Positions 61,214 to 64,000 of a DNA stretch of 64,000 bases are shown here, in pieces; positions within the stretch are counted from its first letter, which is position 1; each line of letters opens with the position of its first letter. The notes below the pieces were generated by a model. It was given only the letters and a program-made list of their open reading frames with translations. It had not been told where the DNA came from and did no database searches. The position numbers were made by a program, and so were the translations under genes. Where the stretch lies: positions 2,963 through 66,962 of the forward strand of contig JACVQK010000011.1 in the NCBI GenBank assembly GCA_015661155.1, written 5' to 3'. The DNA comes from Dehalococcoidia bacterium. GTDB lineage: Bacteria; Chloroflexota; Dehalococcoidia; Lucifugimonadales; UBA2985.

Positions 61214-62284
61214 ATGCTGGAAGAGGTAAGGCAAAGGCTGGAGCTGAGGGAGAGGAGCCTCTCGCCCTTCGCCGTCAAGGCCCGTGAGTCCCGAGGCCGC
61301 GTCGCCCCGGAGGAGCCTTCCCCCCTCAGGACCGAGTTTCAGCGAGACCGCGACCGCATCATCCACAGCAACGCCTTCCGACGCCTCAAGCACAAGACCC
61401 AGGTGTTCATCGCCCCCGCGGGGGACCACTACGTCACCCGCCTGACCCACACCCTGGAGGTGGCCCAGATAGGCCGCACCATAGCCAGGGCCCTGAACCT
61501 CAACGAGGACCTGGTGGAGGCCATCGCCCTTGGTCACGACCTGGGACACACCCCCTTCGGCCACGTGGGAGAGGAGGAGCTGAACCGCCTTCACCCCGAG
61601 GGATTCCAGCACGCATCCCAGAGCGTCAGGGTGGTGGAGCACCTGGAGAAGAACGGCCAGGGTCTCAACCTCACCTGGGAGGTGAGAGAGGGCATCGGTG
61701 CCCACTCCAAGCCGCGAGAGGACCTGATGGGCGCGCCGAAGGACAACATCACCCTGGAGGCCCAGGTCTGCCGCATCTCCGACGCGGTGGCCTACCTCAA
61801 CCACGACATAGGCGATGCCATCAGGGCCGGACTCCTCTCTGAAGAGGATTTGCCCACAGAGTGCAAGCGTGTCCTGGGGACTCGGCACTCCCAGCGCATC
61901 GACACCATGGTCACCGACATTGTGGAGTCCTCCTGGAGCGCCACGGGCGCGGCGCCCCCGCGCGACGGGGAGGAGGTGACCATCGCCATGAGCACCAGAG
62001 TGCGCCAGGCAGCCAACACCCTGAGAGGGTTCATGTTCCATCGAGTGTACTTGCCGGCGGGAGAGGGGGAACCGGGCCAGCAGGCGAGGGCCGTTGTCGG
62101 CTTTCTATATGACCACTTCAACAGCCACCCGGAGGAGATACCGCAGGAGTACCACATAAGGGAGGAGCCTGCCCCGCGCATGGCCGTTGACTACATCTCC
62201 GGCATGACGGACCACTTCGCCCTGCGCCTGGCGGAGCGTATTCAGCCAGGCATCACCGCGGGGTTAGCAAGCTGGCAGCCCTAG
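61214..62284 (+). CDS. dgt: deoxyguanosinetriphosphate triphosphohydrolase-like HD-domain protein
   Basis: FQRDRDRIIHS.AFRRLKHKTQVF, HYVTRLTHTLEVAQI and GHDLGHTPFGH. I prefer ATG 61214 to TTG 61211. Confidence 0.9.
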   Translation: MLEEVRQRLELRERSLSPFAVKARESRGRVAPEEPSPLRTEFQRDRDRIIHSNAFRRLKHKTQVFIAPAGDHYVTRLTHTLEVAQIGRTIARALNLNEDLVEAIALGHDLGHTPFGHVGEEELNRLHPEGFQHASQSVRVVEHLEKNGQGLNLTWEVREGIGAHSKPREDLMGAPKDNITLEAQVCRISDAVAYLNHDIGDAIRAGLLSEEDLPTECKRVLGTRHSQRIDTMVTDIVESSWSATGAAPPRDGEEVTIAMSTRVRQAANTLRGFMFHRVYLPAGEGEPGQQARAVVGFLYDHFNSHPEEIPQEYHIREEPAPRMAVDYISGMTDHFALRLAERIQPGITAGLASWQP

Positions 62285-62296
62285 GGGGTGGGCCTG

Positions 62297-62430
62297 CCGC
62301 GGAAGGCCCCCATCCTAAACCTTCCCCCGCGAGCGGGGGAAGGGATTTCTCTCCCCCGTCGCACGGGGGAGAGTCAGAGAGGGGGTAGACCGTTCGCAAT
62401 GTAGCGCATCCCTGTGAAAACACCCTCTTA
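62297..62430 (-). repeat. family-C double-hairpin repeat, copy C3 (long form, inverted)
   Basis: Its reverse complement aligns with 34496-34628 over about 130 bp. It begins 12 nt after the dgt stop codon. Confidence 0.85.
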
Positions 62431-62653
62431 GGGGCTGCGCCCCAAACGCCTCATGCTTTTTGATTAGATCAGGGTGAGAGGCACAGTTGCCACGCTCATG
62501 GTTGGGCAAGCTCGACATAGATTTGGAGATTTCGGCATTCGTGAGGTTTCCAGACGATACTAACTGATTTCGTGAAAAATCCGTATGCCGAGCTTTGCCC
62601 CTTGAGCGGAACTACAAACAGTTAGATGTGTCCCCTAGGACAATCCCTTAGCC

Positions 62654-62664
62654 TGTTATATAAT
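62654..62664 (+). promoter_or_regulatory. extended -10-like promoter element (TGTTATATAAT) for the AlbA_2-domain gene
   Basis: TGnTATATA / TATAAT, about 30 nt upstream of ATG 62695. RBS GGAGGA lies in between. Confidence 0.4.
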
Positions 62665-62694
62665 TCTGGATAGACGACGGGGCGGAGGATCTCC

Positions 62695-64000
62695 ATGACC
62701 AACGACGTTCAGCTTATTGGAAGGCTCCTCAACAAGATGGAGGGCGACGATCTGGAATTTAAGCGCGACCAATATCGCCTCGACTCTCCAGAGCAAAAGT
62801 CTGAGCTGATTAAGGACGTTGTTTGCATGGCCAATACCCCCAGGGCTGGTTCGGGCTACATTGTGATCGGCGTTGCGACCGAGAACGGGCGCCCTACCGA
62901 AGTTGTTGGAGTTACCGTCCATCCGGATCCTGCGGAACTCCAACGAATACTCGCTGCACAAACGGCACCGACACCGAGGTTCTCTTATCGCATCGTGCCC
63001 TACGAAGGCGCTAAGCAGATAGGGTTACTTGAGATTCCCGCCGATCGCAACGTTCCAGTAGTGATTAGGAATACATATGGTGTACTGCGCAAGGGAGCTG
63101 TTTACCTCCGAAGAAATACCGAGTGCGCGGCTGGTGACCAGCAGGATATTCTCAGGATTGTCCGCTGGGCCGAACCCAGTCAAAACGAAGAAGCGGGTAC
63201 ATCTGGAATCTCGGCGTCTTGGGAGACATTGTATCGCCTGTGCGATGGCTTTGATCAGAGGCAGGCTTTTGTGGCCGTATTACCACGCTCTCCTGAACTC
63301 AGCCAGGATGATTGGAATGCTTTTGCATCCCTCGGCTGGCACCTCGTGATTGACCTTGATCTTGAGACCGATACGGATGGTGGGTACTCAAAAGCAGGAC
63401 CCGAACTTGCAAAAATAAGGTCATTGAGACTCACGGCTCTTGACGACATCATGGCTGAGACAGGGGTCGGCTCCTCAGTATGGGTCGCAGCGTTGGGGCT
63501 GACCAGTCGTCCCTCTACTATCCGAAGCCACACATGGAGAGAATGGAATCAGTCCAAGGCTCGCACACTAGACCGTTGGGTGATCGAATTGGCGCGGGTG
63601 ACGGAGCCACAGCCTACCACGGCTCTCATATTGGGCGGTGAGCATTCGTATGTCCAGAGCGTTTGCGACATGTTAGACCAGGCGTTTGGTGGGCGCCTGA
63701 CCCTTGTGTTTGCGACACCGTCACCAACGACCTACTCGGCAATCATAGAGAAACTCAATGCCAGCGAAGTCGCCATTCGCGTCACTGAAATTTGCGCTGG
63801 GATCCGTGATGTCCGAAAGTCTCTGCCTGAGACTATGGACATTGAACTCCCGAAGCTAGGGGGTGGGAGTATGCTTGTGCCTCCCGAACGAGCCAGATGG
63901 GTCGAAGAAGAGCTTGAGATTGTGCATCTCGGCGCAGGGATTTCGCCTGCGGACCCTAGCATTGAACTGCGGGATTTCCTGAGAGGACTCCCAATAACCT
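62695..64000 (+). CDS. AlbA_2 (Schlafen-like) domain protein with an uncharacterised C-terminal region of more than 280 aa; open to the right edge
   Basis: Absent from the ORF track (no stop in the window). ATG lies 5 nt after GGAGGA. I translated 435 stop-free codons by hand. The N-terminus ..EGDDLEFKRDQY...LIKDVVCMANTPRAGSGYIVIGVATENGRPTEVVGV...VYLRRNTE matches the AlbA_2 / Schlafen-type pattern (E.LEFK...AfaNt.GG.iviGV.d.G.ivGv...iyiR.gs.t). GC is lower than the window average. Confidence 0.75.
   Translation, partial: MTNDVQLIGRLLNKMEGDDLEFKRDQYRLDSPEQKSELIKDVVCMANTPRAGSGYIVIGVATENGRPTEVVGVTVHPDPAELQRILAAQTAPTPRFSYRIVPYEGAKQIGLLEIPADRNVPVVIRNTYGVLRKGAVYLRRNTECAAGDQQDILRIVRWAEPSQNEEAGTSGISASWETLYRLCDGFDQRQAFVAVLPRSPELSQDDWNAFASLGWHLVIDLDLETDTDGGYSKAGPELAKIRSLRLTALDDIMAETGVGSSVWVAALGLTSRPSTIRSHTWREWNQSKARTLDRWVIELARVTEPQPTTALILGGEHSYVQSVCDMLDQAFGGRLTLVFATPSPTTYSAIIEKLNASEVAIRVTEICAGIRDVRKSLPETMDIELPKLGGGSMLVPPERARWVEEELEIVHLGAGISPADPSIELRDFLRGLPIT

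Overview
This is 64 kb of a gene-dense, high-GC bacterial chromosome (above 60% GC by eye; not computed). The taxon cannot be fixed from sequence alone. The split transketolase, long HPF and split or short MetE-type barrels give only a weak hint of a Chloroflexota-like or thermophilic lineage. Most genes are housekeeping or transport: glyA (partial), hpf, comF, a MacB-type ABC pair, mfd, split tkt, queG, pepN, putA, pyrF, an aldehyde dehydrogenase, cmk-plsC-glmS, ppsA and dgt. There are several efflux and transporter genes, an arsR-acr3/arsC arsenic module and four tRNA genes. Five things stand out. (1) A modular, hairpin-built intergenic repeat (family A) has 13 copies in the first 51 kb. Three smaller repeat families (B, C, E) accompany it, one of them caught as a filled-versus-empty insertion-site pair. 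(2) There are four lower-GC islets: a hicBA cassette next to a GNAT gene, a methyltransferase fused to an Mrr-like nuclease domain, an orphan lipoprotein gene beside a tRNA, and a Schlafen/AlbA_2-domain gene that runs off the right edge. (3) Two near-identical class II tRNA genes differ in the anticodon (UAA versus UGA), so a leucine-type tRNA body carries a serine anticodon. (4) There are two tandem gene duplications (MFS x2; MATE x2, the second preceded by a relic of the marR 3' end) and a split MetE pair next to a third MetE/UROD-like barrel. (5) mfd shows an apparent internal deletion with a frameshift, and the PRODH part of putA shows a possible in-frame deletion. I found no CRISPR array, rRNA, transposase, integrase or prophage. 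Many long ORFs in the track are antisense or repeat-encoded artefacts of the high GC content. Two real edge genes (glyA on the left, the AlbA_2 gene on the right) are missing from the track because they have no stop codon inside the window.
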